DNA of 64,000 bases from Bugula neritina (Eukaryota; Animalia; Bryozoa): the NCBI GenBank assembly GCA_964035545.1, contig OZ037767.1:5472707-5536706 (forward strand), in the 5' to 3' direction. Made by a program: the position numbers and the translations under genes. This document shows, in pieces, positions 47,299 through 60,559 of the stretch (the first letter of the stretch is position 1; every line of letters begins with the position of its first letter). Below the pieces are notes generated by a model that was not told the origin of the DNA, did not search any database, and was given only the letters and a program-made list of their open reading frames with translations.

Positions 47299-48238
47299 AT
47301 AAATGATAAGAAATAGTTAAATTAAAACGGCCATATTGCAGTGGTCAGTTTACTAAATAATAGAACTACAAACTGTGCAGCAAAAAAGCTCTTTGGCAAG
47401 TATCAAAATATGACAAATATTATAAAGGATATAATGCAAAGTATATTATGGTAAACACACAGCAGTGAAAGTTCATTATTCTTTTTTCAGTAAAGATATT
47501 TTCATAAGTTTGCCAATATGATACAGTTGTGTAGAAATAATAAAGAAATCATTAATGTCATGTTAAACTTGAAACCATTTGTGTAATTAGTAGGCCCAGG
47601 ATACTTCTAATAACAAGCATGAAAATAACTATCAAGCTTTTTAACATTGGTATAATATACCATTTCATCATTTTACATGCTAAATAAAAATGTACTTCAG
47701 ATCTTTATATTAACAAAAAACTTAGTACAAAACAAATGCACTATAAGTTGTATGATAATGACTATTCTATCCAGTCATAACGAAATATATTTAGAGATTT
47801 TGATGGAAGTTGTGATACTGCATGCAACTGTGACTCTCTAGGACCTTTCCTAATCTATTTGCTGCTTGTTAGGTTTCATGGAAAACTGCTAATTTACCAA
47901 ATTTATTGTGGCCTAGCTCTGAACTGTCTGGAAGGTCAAGGTCTTTTTTCCTCACTATTACTCTTTGATGTTGATGGAATATACATGAAGCGCTTTGCAC
48001 TTGTATATTTTATTCAAGCTTCTGCATCAGAACTTTTTAAATTTGGCTTTGATTGCTTCAATATTTATTCACTGGCTGCAGGTTCCCATTAATGCTTGTG
48101 AAATAATATGATTTGTTGAATAAATCAGGCGCTGAGTAGTTTGAAACTACCTAGTGCATATTTTACTCGAGCTTCTGCTGCAGATCTTCATGAATTTGAT
48201 TTTACTTTCCGCGGTGCAGACTTAACTGCTGGTTTAAT

Positions 48239-49001
48239 TCAGATTCTGATTCCATCAAATGCTTTGAAGTAATGTGATTCTTTGAATAAGTCAGGCCTCT
48301 GATTGATCTGAAACAACCTAGTGTACGCTCGTTCATTTCTCATCAAGTTTTTGCAGTCCTCTAACTCAATACTAAAAGGGGCGTTCCATGGAGAACCCAC
48401 AATCTCTAACTTTGGTATGGTAGTTCCAGGTGTTTTACTAGCTTTATTTTTCTAAAATTAGGCAGTTGAATTATGTTAAATTGAAAGTTTTGTTAGCAAC
48501 TTTGTGATCTTGATAATGATCACCACCGTCACCAATTGGAGCTCAATGTTATTACTTTTTGACTAAGTCTCAATGTATATGTCTTTTGAACAGAAGAGCT
48601 ACACCATTCCATATGAAATGTGAAAGTTTAAGTTGAAACCAATGATTTAAAGCTCAAGTTATCAAAAATATCCTTCATATTGATTTATATAGTAGTATTT
48701 GAGATATTCACAGTAATGAAACCATCTAAATCGCAAAAATTAAAAATATATATGTGAAAACAAGAATGTTATAACAGCTCAACACAATGAATCCTCGCCT
48801 TGAACAGGGCGATATCTGCTGTACAATATGATACTACCAGATTGTTTACAGATTTATAGTACGTCAGCTCTTCCTCAAACCCTTTCTCTTTGCTAATTTC
48901 TCTCCATAACGTGGCATTGGCCCACTTATAAATTTGAAAATCTACGCTCACCCAGTCTAAAAGTTTTTTTGCTGTTTTGGCAGGAATTGGGTCACTCTTA
49001 C
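48239..49001 (-). pseudogene. Orphan GAL3ST exon 7 + exon 8 cassette (near intact; GC donor, slightly early stop)
   Basis: Exon 7 49001-48799 is open with donor GCGAGG rather than GTGAGG. Exon 8 48451-48239 is open to a TGA 17 codons earlier than in B/D. No exons 1-6 of its own (break at ~49412). Confidence 0.75.
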
Positions 49002-50289
49002 CTTTTAATAGATAACATGATTACAAAATACAGTATATGAAGAGTGTTTTTATATTTATACTAAAAAAGCTGTGCAATTTACACATAGATATAAAAACTC
49101 AACACTTTTGAAAACGTTATACCAGTGTGCTAACCAGTAATGCTGGCGAATTAGTTAATATTTGTAATGCAGGCTTTCAGGGTAACTAGTTTAGGCCTTA
49201 AAGTGAAAGATGTGTGATTTATAACACACCCATAGTAATTATTTAGAAGCAAAACAAAAGAAGCTCAAGTTTTATTTCAGAAGAGCAATGACCTAATAAT
49301 ATTAAGTTAATGTGATACCTTTTTTTTGTTATTTCATAAACAATCTAAAAACATAATGCCATTTAACAAAATGATGAGTACACAAGTGAATGTCTATTCA
49401 TATGCTATACAAATCTTCTTGTTATGACTTTGTCTTGAGATAGCCTTATCATCTATTTTAATATGGTACTCCCCAGGAAAACATCCCATACTTTCAAAAA
49501 CTTACTATAACCTCTCCAACAGTTGATTGTAGTTTATAATGAGATAATTGAGAAAGCTGAAATTATTACGACATCATCATATACTGAAATCTGTTCCTTG
49601 CCTGAAAATGAGCAACCAAGCCAGTCTTTAACAAATAAGTATACAGCATACGATGAAACAGTGTCGAATCTAACCAACCAAAGGAATACTCAAATAACAA
49701 CAATGGAAATACAAAAGCAGCAAGAGGAAAACAACCCCATTCGAGAAGTTAATGAAGCTCTGGATAAAAAAGCTATTCTCTCTGCTCAACAATTTTATAT
49801 AGTAAATTCATTTTCTTGATAATTTATGTATTATTGCTTCTTCTATCAAGTTTTAGCTTTCATGTAAATAACCTTACACAAGTTCTGTGTGCAAGAATGA
49901 AGTAAAAATTGATGCGAATGTTAAGGACATTACAGAGTGCCTGCATACTTTAAATTAACACTCTAGAGTCTAGAGTTTAGATGCTAATAAAAAGTGGTAA
50001 ATTAAATAATATTAGGTGCACCCAAAAAAGCAACGAATCATACCATAGGCTCCGCTCACTTGTCATTCTTTAGTCAGATTGTTTGGAAAACAAAGTTTTA
50101 TAAATGAACAAAATATTTAGGAATAAAATTAGTTAATATTGATTTTACATGACTCAAATAATTACATAATCATTTAAAATCTAATAATGTCCCCATATAA
50201 ATTGTCTAATCATTGTATATCTGCCCTTTTCATTCAAATAATACTAATGCAGCTTGACATGTTGTTTAAAGTGTAATGGTAGCTATAAA

Positions 50290-51763
50290 TTTAGTATCGC
50301 CACTAACTATAGATGAGTTGTACTGGTGTTGGTTTTCGTAACTTTATTTTTACTTATTCCAATTGCCATAAGAAACTATAAAAGTAGGTCAATATATGCA
50401 ATTATAATAGGTTTTTAAAATAAAACCAACAAAAATAAAAACCAACAATTATTTATGACTTGTAAAGTATTCAAACATATATTATACATATTTTGGATTA
50501 ATCACCTCTTGCCTTCTTTTAGTGGCTAGCTAAGGCGAGTTTGACTCTAGGCAACGACATTGCAGGTTTACTAAAAATATTTAAAGTTTATAATAAAAAA
50601 AAAAATTAAATGATAACTGCCATAGACAAAGTTAAGTAATTATATCAGTTAAGACAAGTAATGATGCATGTATTACATAAACAAAGATTGAACTTGTATT
50701 CAAAGTTGACTTGAATTTGTAGTATACTTGCAGTAAAATACTGTTATGAGTAAAAGTAAAACTTTAAGCTACAAATTAGGGTTCTATCCTGTGACAATCT
50801 GATCAATAACTGGAGAGCCTGCCTTTAGAATTCACAATTTTATGAGAAATCTATTATAAAGTAAACACATAGCCATGAATTCTATCATGCACTGACCACA
50901 CTGGCATTTTGAACTTGTTAAACTCCTAAACATGTCAAATAAACCAAATATTTATTATTAAGTTGAAATAGATAAAAATAGGCTACTCAAGGAAAGCTTC
51001 AAACTATTACAAATACTGAAAAAACAAAACTAACCTGTGCCTCTTTAATTTAATTTCAATTCAAATTCATTTATATTTTGGTAATTATATCGTTAAAATT
51101 GATTGTTATTTGTGCGATGGAACTTGCATTGCTAGCGCGCTACTATTCTACTATAAACTGCATAGGTTCAACGTCTGCACTGAAACATCCGGGCTGCCAA
51201 GACGTAAAGCCACAACTAAGCCTAGGGCCACACTGTGCGTATTTTCGCATGCGAAAATTGAAATCACAAGTAGCAAAGGTGTCCACTGTGCGCGTTGAGA
51301 AAACATTCGCACTTGTCGCTCTGCATTTTCAACGCAAGTGCGAATCGTCTCTGTCGTCGTCACCTAATTGGCTGGTAGTTATTCAGCGAGCCCAATTTCT
51401 TTATTTAGTGCTACATTCCAGTAAATTGCGTTTTATTGAAAGCGAGTGCGATTTAAAAATGAAAGCTTTATTTATCACGCATCACTGACGCTACAGTAGA
51501 CACCTTTGCTACCTGTGATTTTAATTTTCGCATGCGAATATATGCACCGTGTGGCCCTAGGCTAATGGGCAAGGGCGCGCTGTTATCTAATAAATGAATT
51601 GACAACTATTGCAGGCGACAATTATGTGATGTGATAATCTATTTGAGTGGAACGTTATGCTAAACGCAATGCTGAATGCTTAATGCTTAATAAACTGTTA
51701 GATATTCATTACGTTATGCTGCTTTTACAACTTGAAATAATTATGCTATGTGATAACTTTACA
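50290..51763 (+). mobile_element. Solo LTR, TSD ATAAA (duplicated copy) with nested MITE
   Basis: Same flanks and TSD as 46159-47298; contains an extra 343-bp insertion. Confidence 0.85.
51220..51562. mobile_element. PIF/Harbinger-type MITE, ~70-bp TIRs, TAA TSD
   Basis: GCCTAGGGCCACAC...GTGTGGCCCTAGGC termini with long imperfect TIRs. TAA at 51217-51219 and 51563-51565; absent from the sister LTRs. Confidence 0.85.
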
Positions 51764-52654
51764 ATAAATGATAAGAAATAGTTAAATTAGAACAGCCATA
51801 TTGCAATGGTCAGTTTACTAGATAATAGAACTACAAACTGTGCAGCAAAAAAGCTCTTTGGCAAGTATCAAAATATGACAAATATTATAAAAGATATAAT
51901 GCAAAGTATATTATGGTAAACACACAGCAGTGAAAGTTCATTATTCTTTCTTCAGTAAAAAAATTTTCATAAGTTTGCCAATATGATACAGTTGTGTAGA
52001 AATAATAAAGAAATCATTAATGTCATGTTAAACTTGAAAGCATTTGTGTAATTAGTAGGCCCAGGATACTTCTAATAACAAGCATGAAAATAACTATCAA
52101 GCTTTTTAACATTGGTATAATATACCATTTCATCATTTTACATGCTAAATAAAAATGGACTTCAGATCTTTATATTAACAAAAAATTTAGTAAAAAACAA
52201 ATGCACTAGGTTGTATGGTAATGACTATTCTATCCAGTCATAACAAAATATATTTAGAGGTACCTACTATAGAAGTTGTGATACTGCATACAGCTGTGAC
52301 TCTCTAGGACCTTTCCTAATCTAATTGCTGCTTGTTAGGTTTCATGAGAAACTGCTAATTTACCGAATTTATTGTGACCTCGATCAGAACTGTCTGGAAG
52401 GTCAAGGTCTTTTTTTCTCGCTATCACTCTTTGATGTTGGTGGAATATACATGAAGCGCTTTGCAGTCGCATATTTTATTCAAGCTTCTGCATCAGATCT
52501 TTTTAAATTTGGCTTTAATTGCTTCAATATATATTCACTGGCTGCAGGTTCCCATTAATGCTTGTGGGATAATATGATTTGTTGAATAAATCAGGCCGCT
52601 GAATGATCTGAAACAACCTAGTGCATATTTTACTCGAGCTTCTGCTGCAGATCT

Positions 52655-55600
52655 TCATGAATTTGTTTTAACTTTCTGCGGTGCAGACTTGACTGCTGGT
52701 TTATTTGGCATTCTGATTCCATCGTATTCTTTGAAATAATATGATTTCTTGAATAAGTCAGGCCTCTGATTAATCTGAAACAACCTAGTGTACGCTCGTT
52801 CATTTCTCATCAAGTTTTTGCAGTCCTCTAACTCAATACTAAAAGGGGCGTTCCATGGAGAACCCGTAATTTCTAATCTTGGTATGGTGATTCCAGGTGT
52901 TTTACTGGCTCCATTTTTCTAAAATTAGGCAATTAAATTATGTTAGACTGGAATTTTTGTTAGCAACTTTGTGATCTTGATAATGATCACCACCGTCACC
53001 AATTGGAACTTAACGTTATTTATACTTTTTGACTAAGTCTCAAGGTATATGTCTCTTGAACAGAAGAGCTACACCTTTCCACATGAAATGTGAAAGTTCA
53101 AGTTGAAACTAATAATTTAAAGCTCAAGATATTAAAAATAGCCTTTATATTGATTTATATAATAGTATTTGAAATAGTGACAGTCATGAAATCATCTAGC
53201 CCATAAAAATTTAAAATATATATGTAGAAACAAGAATGTTATACCACCTCAACACAACGAATCCTCACCTGGAACAGGGCAATATCTGTTGTACAATATG
53301 ATCCGACCAGACTGTTTACAGATTTATAATACGTCAGCTCTTCCTCAAACCTTTTCTCTTTGCTAATTTCTCTCCATAACGTGGCATTGGCCCACGTATA
53401 AATTTGTAGATCTACACTCATCCAGCCTAGCAGTTTTTTTGCCGTTTTTGCAGGAATCGAGTCACTCTTACCTTTTAGTAGATAACATGATTACAAAATA
53501 CAGTATATGAAGAGTGTTTTTATATTTATACAAAAAAAGCTGTGCAATTTACACATAGATAAAAACTCCACACTCTTGAAAACGTTATACCAGTGTGCTA
53601 ACCAGTAATGCTGACAAATTGGTTAATATTTGTAATGCAGGCTTTCAGGGTTAATTAGTTTTGGCCTTAAAGTGAAAGATGTGTGACTTATAACACACCC
53701 ATAGTAATTATTTGAAAGCAGTACAAAAAAGCTCAAGTTTTATATCAGAAGAGCAATTATCAAATAAAATTAGGTTAATGCGATACCTTTTTTTGTTATT
53801 TCATGAACAATCTAAAAACATAATACGATTTAACAAAATGATGAGTACACAAGTGAATGTCTATTCATATGCTATACAAATTTGAAATAATCATTTTGAT
53901 CAAGCTAAAAAGATTACGGAAGTTGTTTGCATAATATTCTTGTAGCTTCACTAGCAGTTTTTTGAAAACTCCAAAATATTCAAAGTCAAAGTACAACTAA
54001 AATCCACAAATGGTATCTGCTTTACACTAAAATATAAACGAAGCCACTGTAGGAAGTTAAAACTCACCCTGGTATTTGAAAACATTTTTTTTAAGAAAAA
54101 GTATGTCTGTGATATCCCAGCACCACTTCCTCTTAAGAAGTAGCAGACTCTCCTGCATGTATTCCATCACTAGCAAGAATGGAAAGGTCTCCTTTAAATC
54201 AGTCATAAATTCTTCTACCTGTATATTATTCACAAGGTTCCTTTACATGCAATTGTAAAAGTCTTGCTGTTAGAAGTTAGATACATTGGTATTGGCGGAA
54301 AAGGTCAACAAACCTTTTAACTAATTAAATGAGTATTTATGTCCTAGAAACCTTGACTATATGTGTTAGCTAAACTTAGATAAACTTCTGTGATAAAAAG
54401 CGGAATAATCATCGTATTCCCAAAATTTAAGCATCACTAAAAATATCTTTTGTGGCTTATTTAACCAGCAAGCAGGATATAAAGTTAGCACTGAACATAA
54501 TTAATTCAAGCAGTAAAAGTAATGTAGTGTAATGAATACATAATAGTTAATCTAGCATTCAGCGTTGCGTTTAGCATAACGTTCCACTCAAATAGGTTAT
54601 CGCATCGCGTGATTCTCGCCTACGCAACGACTGCTAGTTGTAAATTCTTTAATTAGATAACAGCACGCTCTCGCTCATTGGCTGTGGCTTTACGCTTAGG
54701 CAGCCCGGATGTTTGAGTGCAGACGTTGACCCTACAGTTAGTAGAATAGTAGCGCGCTAGCGATGCAAGCTTATCACATCAATAACATCAGTTTTAAATG
54801 ATATAATTAATAAAATACAAGTGAATTTAAATTAGAATTAACTTAAAGAGGCACAGGTTAGTTTTGTTCTTCAGTATTTGTAATAATTTGAAGCTTTCCT
54901 TAAGTTTTTTAACTATAAGAATAACTATTTGGTTTATTAAACATGTTTATAAGTTTGACAATTTTTAGAATGCCAGTGTGGTCAGTGCATGATAGAATTT
55001 ATGGCTATGTGTTTACTTCATAATAGATTTCTCACAAAATTACAAATTCTTAAGGCAAGCTCTCCAGTGATGCAGCTCTCTAGTTTAATGCAGCTACTAA
55101 TTCAAGTGAACGTTGAATATAAGTTTTAATCCCTGTCTATGGGCTATACATTCATTCTTACTAATTGTCTTAACATATTTGTCCAATTGCAGTTATCACT
55201 TAATGTCATTTTTATTATAGTTTGATATTTTTTAGTAGACCTGTAATACCTTTTCATAGAAACAAACTCAACCTAGCTAGCCACTAAAAGAAGGCAAGAG
55301 GTGATTAATTCAAGATCTGTATATATGTTTGAATATTTTACAATTTCATAAATAATTTCTGTTTGTTTTATTTTAAAAACCTGTTATAGTTGCATATATT
55401 AATAACCTACTTTTACAGTTTCTTACGGCAGTTGGAATACGTAAAAATAAAGTTACGAAAACCAACACCAGTACAACTCATCTATAGTTAGTGGCGACGC
55501 TACACAGGAACTGGTAAGGACTTAACTTTACTATCCATGTAAAGTACTCATATCTATTCCAATCATCTGTTCTCATGTTATATTTTATTTGATCAGAAAT

Positions 55601-58600
55601 TTTCTAGATTAACCTTTTCTGGTTTATCCATTTCTTTCCTCCCCAAACCAAAGTCGGCTGCCTGAAGGTTATGAGTCACCGACCGAATATGAAAGTTAGG
55701 ATCTGGGGAGTTTTTGTTCCCGTCATTAACTCCATCGTAATAGTTTGGGTTATCCGCAAACCTGCGACACATGAAATAATAATGTTTTTCTGGACAACAA
55801 GCAATTCTTGTAATGAAAGGCAAATCCTACTTTTAGCTTTTGTGGATGAAGTTTTTATTTTAACACAGACAGCCATCTATGCTGGATTTACCTTCTCAAG
55901 ACAAAACAACAAAAGTTATGATAAAGGCAGCAGCAAATCTGTAACTAAATACAATAGATTGTGAATAGTCGCACATTTCATTATTAAAAACTGCTGTATT
56001 CAACAGCATACTGAAATTTACATAACAGACAAATTTAGGTACGTGGGATTGTTTTTGTTATCTTTTGTTATACTTGTTGATATTAATTTCACACTCAACT
56101 CACCTGATGATTCGTTCCATCATTGAATATTTACCAACTTCGTTTGCTGGAATAAGCATTTTTTTAAAATAGTTCATTACAGACTTGAAATGTGTTAGAG
56201 GGTAGCGGACGACTCCTACAAAATCAAAATCAAACGATTGACAACCCTGAATTTTTGTTCAGACACTTTGATTCATGTTCTGCTAAATTTACTAGTTATA
56301 AATTTTGTTAACATAATTAAGCTAAAGTAATATTAAATTTATCAGGTACTTGTCAATTTAGCATATGCAGGATTCAATTAAATTTTACCAATAAATTTAG
56401 GGTTGTTGGGAAGAATTTTCCTGATGACGGTTTTATTGAATACGGCGTGATTCACCAAAACATTGAAGTTCATAGTGTTATTCCAATGAGGCAGAACAAA
56501 TCTGCCAGGATCCAACTTGTAGGGCCATCCAAGGTATATATCCCCTACAAAATAAATTGATAACAATTTATATCTTGTACAAAAGTGATTGTATATTGTA
56601 GTGTAGTGTATATTTAAAATAAAAGTAAGGATATTATGGCGCTTAACACGAAGTGAGTAGTGTTGAGTTAAACCAGCAGCCCCTGTGGTGTAATTGGTTA
56701 GCGCCTGCTTGAAAGCTAGAGGTGTGTGGTTCAAATCTCAGTGGGAGCAAATTTTACAAGCTATTTTGGCCTTTAGTAAAGTGTAGTAGGACTTCCAGGC
56801 AGTTGGGAGGCCAGGGAAGCCGGATGACTTGAGGAGCAGGAGAGGGGCCGGTGGAGCTCATGGAACTGGTAGGATGTAGTGCTGATTGTTAACTCAGCAA
56901 CCCTTGCGGTGTAATTGGTTAGCCTCCTAATTGCAAGCCGGAGGTTTGTGGCTCGAATCCCAGTGCTGAGGGCAATTATTTTACAAAATGTACTATGTCT
57001 GTACCAATATGATGTTTGGAAGTAAGCAAATGCATGCTGAATGTAAAAGGTGAATTTAAAGTATGTATGCTAGATGTATGAAGTCTTATCAAGTGTAACA
57101 AGGCTATTTAAAGTATAGAGAATCAAATTGTTTACAACCTTGAACTTTAACTTTAGGACATCATGTGCAATTCCATGCACAAAGTATTACATAATTCAAA
57201 ATGAGTGGAAACTAAGATTTCATGAAAATCACTTTGGGTGAGCAATTGACAAAAAGCAACTACAGATAATTCAGTAGAGCTTTCAATGGAGATAAAAAAA
57301 AATACATCAAGTTTCATTTGCACCAATTTGTTGACTAAAGGGTGATCTACAAACCTTGTCTTGGGACAGCAAACGACAAGTTATGTGTGTGACCAAATCG
57401 TTGTAGTATAGATATGAGGGTGGTAGAACCAGCTTTATGAGTTTTCACAAATGCAAAGTCGACTACTTTATTGCATGTCTGTGTAGACATAAACTCGTGT
57501 GTCTCAGGGCTAGAAAGAGAAGGTACAGAAGAATTAATATATATTTTGCAAGCTTCATGACTTCTAGGTGATCCCTACAGTTACCTGAGCTCTCTGGCTT
57601 AGATTTATACATTTTTTAAATAGACGTTAGTAAAAACATAAGTTTATACTAATGCAAAGGTGTGGGCCACGGTATCCTGTTTATCCTGTTCTGTGCTAAT
57701 GATTGGACAAATCCCAAAACAGCTGCTGTGCACAGATTGTTATATATATATCAAAAGTGTATCAAGCAACCTGGGAAAACAATTTTTTAAAATTCTGGAG
57801 GAAGAAATACCCACAGACCACAAACTCTACAAAATTTTCAACAAAAACAACATAAAACTCAGTTACAGCTGCTGCAGAAATTTAAACAACATAATCAACA
57901 GCCACAATAAAAGATTACTCAACCCAGCAAACCAACCTCCTCGAGAATGTAACTGCAGAAACAACACAGTGTGCCCACTAGATGGAAAATGCCTCACAAA
58001 GTGCATCATATACCAAGCTACAGTTACAACCAAAGATGGCAGCCAACCCCAGACTTACGTGGGAACATCAGAAACAGAATTCAAAACCAGATTTTATAAC
58101 CACAAATCAACTTTTAACAACAAAACAAAAAAGAACCATACTGAATTGAGCAAATATATCTGGAAACTAAAAGACAAGAACACCCATTTTGACATATCAT
58201 GGAAAATTATGAAAAAGACCAACTCATACAACAAAGTCACTAAAAGATGCAACCTCTGCCTATGGGAAAAATATTTCATAATATACCAGCCCAGCAAATC
58301 TTCCCTTAATAACAGAAATGAAATTCTATCCACATGCAGACATGCACGTAAGCACTACCTGGGCAACATCACATAACAATACTAACAACTCTCAACCATA
58401 GTACTACCTATTATAAATTAGCCTTTCCATCAAACATCTAGCTTTTATAGTTTAATCCTTTAGAAAAAGAGCAATTTAATTAATTAATAGATAACACCAA
58501 ATCCACTACTATGTTTGCATTTCGTTTTACGTTGTGTTTAGCATGATAGTTTTCTTTATGTAAAAATTTGAATAATCGGTATGCTTCATAGATTTTATTT

Positions 58601-58709
58601 ATTTTTAGTCTAACACCTGAGGAGTGCAGTTTACTGCACGAAACTATATAGTCGTGTAAGATTTTTTAAATAAAATATATATGTATCATTAACAATCTGA
58701 ACACACTAC

Positions 58710-58783
<74 letters not shown>

Positions 58784-59567
58784 GTATATATATTCAGTAT
58801 ATATATTCAGTATATATATTCAGTATATATATTCAGTATATATATTCAGTATGTAGGCTATAATAAATGTTTAATCTACTTTCTTCCTACAACTGTAAAC
58901 TGTATTTACTGCATTATTAGTACAATGGATACATGGATGGAGTTTCAGAAGACAACTATATTTTTATAGTTTAAACCTGGTTTTATATTTTTCGTTCAAA
59001 AACAAAGCTATCTACAATTGTCGTTTCTAGCCTAGCTGATAATTCTACAGATATTTTAAATGAAAAGTAGTTTTAGACTACAAATCGGTACCAAAAATAT
59101 TCTCATAGACTTTTCCAGTAACTACATCTATTTCCTGTTCCATCTGTTATGACCAGCTCTTTCAGCTGTCTACTAATCAATTGAAGTGAACTGGCAGTTA
59201 ACTACAGCTAATCCAATATTCATAACAACACAACAAACACAAAGTAACACGCAACAAGTTACTAAAACCTTTTGGGTGTTTAAAAAACATGGCAAGGCAA
59301 CAAAATATCACTGTCACTAAGGCAAGACTTTGGTGGGTTTCAAATGTTCAAAGTAGATGATACATACTTGGATCTAAATGCGGTATCCTCTGGCATTCTC
59401 TCCCATCTCTTATCCTTGACATCAGAACTCATGAATGATTTGACGTTTTTTATAACTTTGCTTCCTTGTAGAACCATAATGTTATCATGATTCGATAATA
59501 AATATAAGGCTGGAAGTGTCAGCGCAACCATTACAAAAACTATCACTTTGTAACGTCGAGTTTGCAT
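52655..59567 (-). CDS. Galactose-3-O-sulfotransferase-like protein, copy D (~462 aa, 8 coding exons)
   Basis: Exons 59567-59368, 57509-57355, 56544-56389, 56215-56104, 55761-55614, 54218-54068, 53471-53269, 52918-52655. Open frame; close paralog of copy B. Confidence 0.88.
54478..55504 (-). mobile_element. Solo LTR, TSD CAGGA, in GAL3ST-D intron 5
   Basis: CAGGA at 54473-54477 and 55505-55509; empty site GCAAGCAGGAACTGG in copy B (~39880). Confidence 0.87.
56657..56985 (+). mobile_element. Dimeric tRNA-derived insert (paralog of 41035-41362)
   Basis: Near-identical to the copy-B insert at the same intron position. Confidence 0.7.
57752..58710 (+). mobile_element. 5'-truncated Penelope-like retroelement (GIY-YIG endonuclease C-terminus + 3' UTR/pLTR) inserted in (TA)n
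   Basis: Open frame to 58376: KIFNKNNIKLSYSC, CNCRNNTVCPLDGKCL, IIYQA...TYVGTSETEFKTRFYNH (GIY-YIG), TELSKYIW, CNLCLWEK, CRH. (TA)n on both sides; absent in copy B. Confidence 0.9.
58610..58660 (+). ncRNA. Minimal type I hammerhead ribozyme
   Basis: ACAC-CTGAGGA-GTGCAGT-TT-ACTGCAC-GAAA-CTATATAG-TC-GTGT: intact CUGANGA/GAAA/UH core, perfect stem II, palindromic short stem III, stem I ACAC/GTGT. Confidence 0.88.
58712..58852. repeat. (TA)n + (TTCAGTATATATA)n
   Basis: Direct observation. Confidence 0.92.
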
Positions 59568-60559
59568 GGTGGAAGTGGCTAGGAACCAGTCTATAGATTC
59601 TATGTCACGGAATATAACTCAGCCAGACAATTTTGGTTACTGTAAGAGAAAGAAGAGCATTATAATGAATAAACTAGTACCCTAGTATTGATCTTAAACA
59701 ATTATCAGCTAGTACACAAACAAAAAACTACTAACTCATTAATTGACACTAAAAGTATACCAAACTTACAAACTATTTTTAGAAGTAAAGAACCATATTA
59801 AACTAATTTTTTAATTTGTTTGGGCATTCTACCAAAGAAGTTGCATTTATCACATGAAATGAGATTTTTAATACAAAATAATTATTTGAGTGGATACTAC
59901 CAATAATACATTAACTTACTTGAAAGTACGCTAACTCAGTATCACACATCTCAATATACACCAACTCACATGCTGTATAGTTGTCTATTATGTTATTGAA
60001 AGTATATAGTCCTGTATAGTTAACTGGCTTGTAGCTGCCTATAAGGAATACCTGAGCTAAACTAATCATATTTTTACTTTGAGTTAATCAATGGAAAGCA
60101 AGCATTTCTATGATGCTATTGTGAACACAGACAGTGAGAATTTCCATATCACAATAGCAACTAATATTCAGCTCATTATGTAGTGTTAACTCTATTTATT
60201 GTGCAGACTGCTAGTGAGCAATTAGGCACATAAAGCTAAATAAATAAACTGAAAACGTTTGTATAATATCATCTCATCATTTTATATGATCAATAAAAAT
60301 GTACTTAAGGTATTCTATTGTCAAAAACTTTAGTGTAAAACAAAGCAGTGTTGTATGGTAAAGACATTTCCATCAAGTCATAACAAGTAATTCTTAGAGG
60401 TACTATAGAAGTTTTGATGTACTGCATACAGCTGTAACTCTTTATAATATTTCCTGATCTGATTGCTGCTTATTACTTTTCATGAGAAACTGTTACACCA
60501 ACTTTATTGTGACCTTTGAACTGTCTGGGAGATCAAGCTCATTCCTCCTCATTATTTCT

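Noticed and set aside
51078-51488. 136-aa ORF and overlapping ORFs
   Set aside because: They span LTR and MITE sequence with no recognisable motif.
57660-58376. Stand-alone 238-aa host gene, or a selenoprotein-type Penelope ORF
   Set aside because: The first ~30 codons are host intron and (TA)n, the rest is a truncated retroelement, and there is no in-frame TGA.
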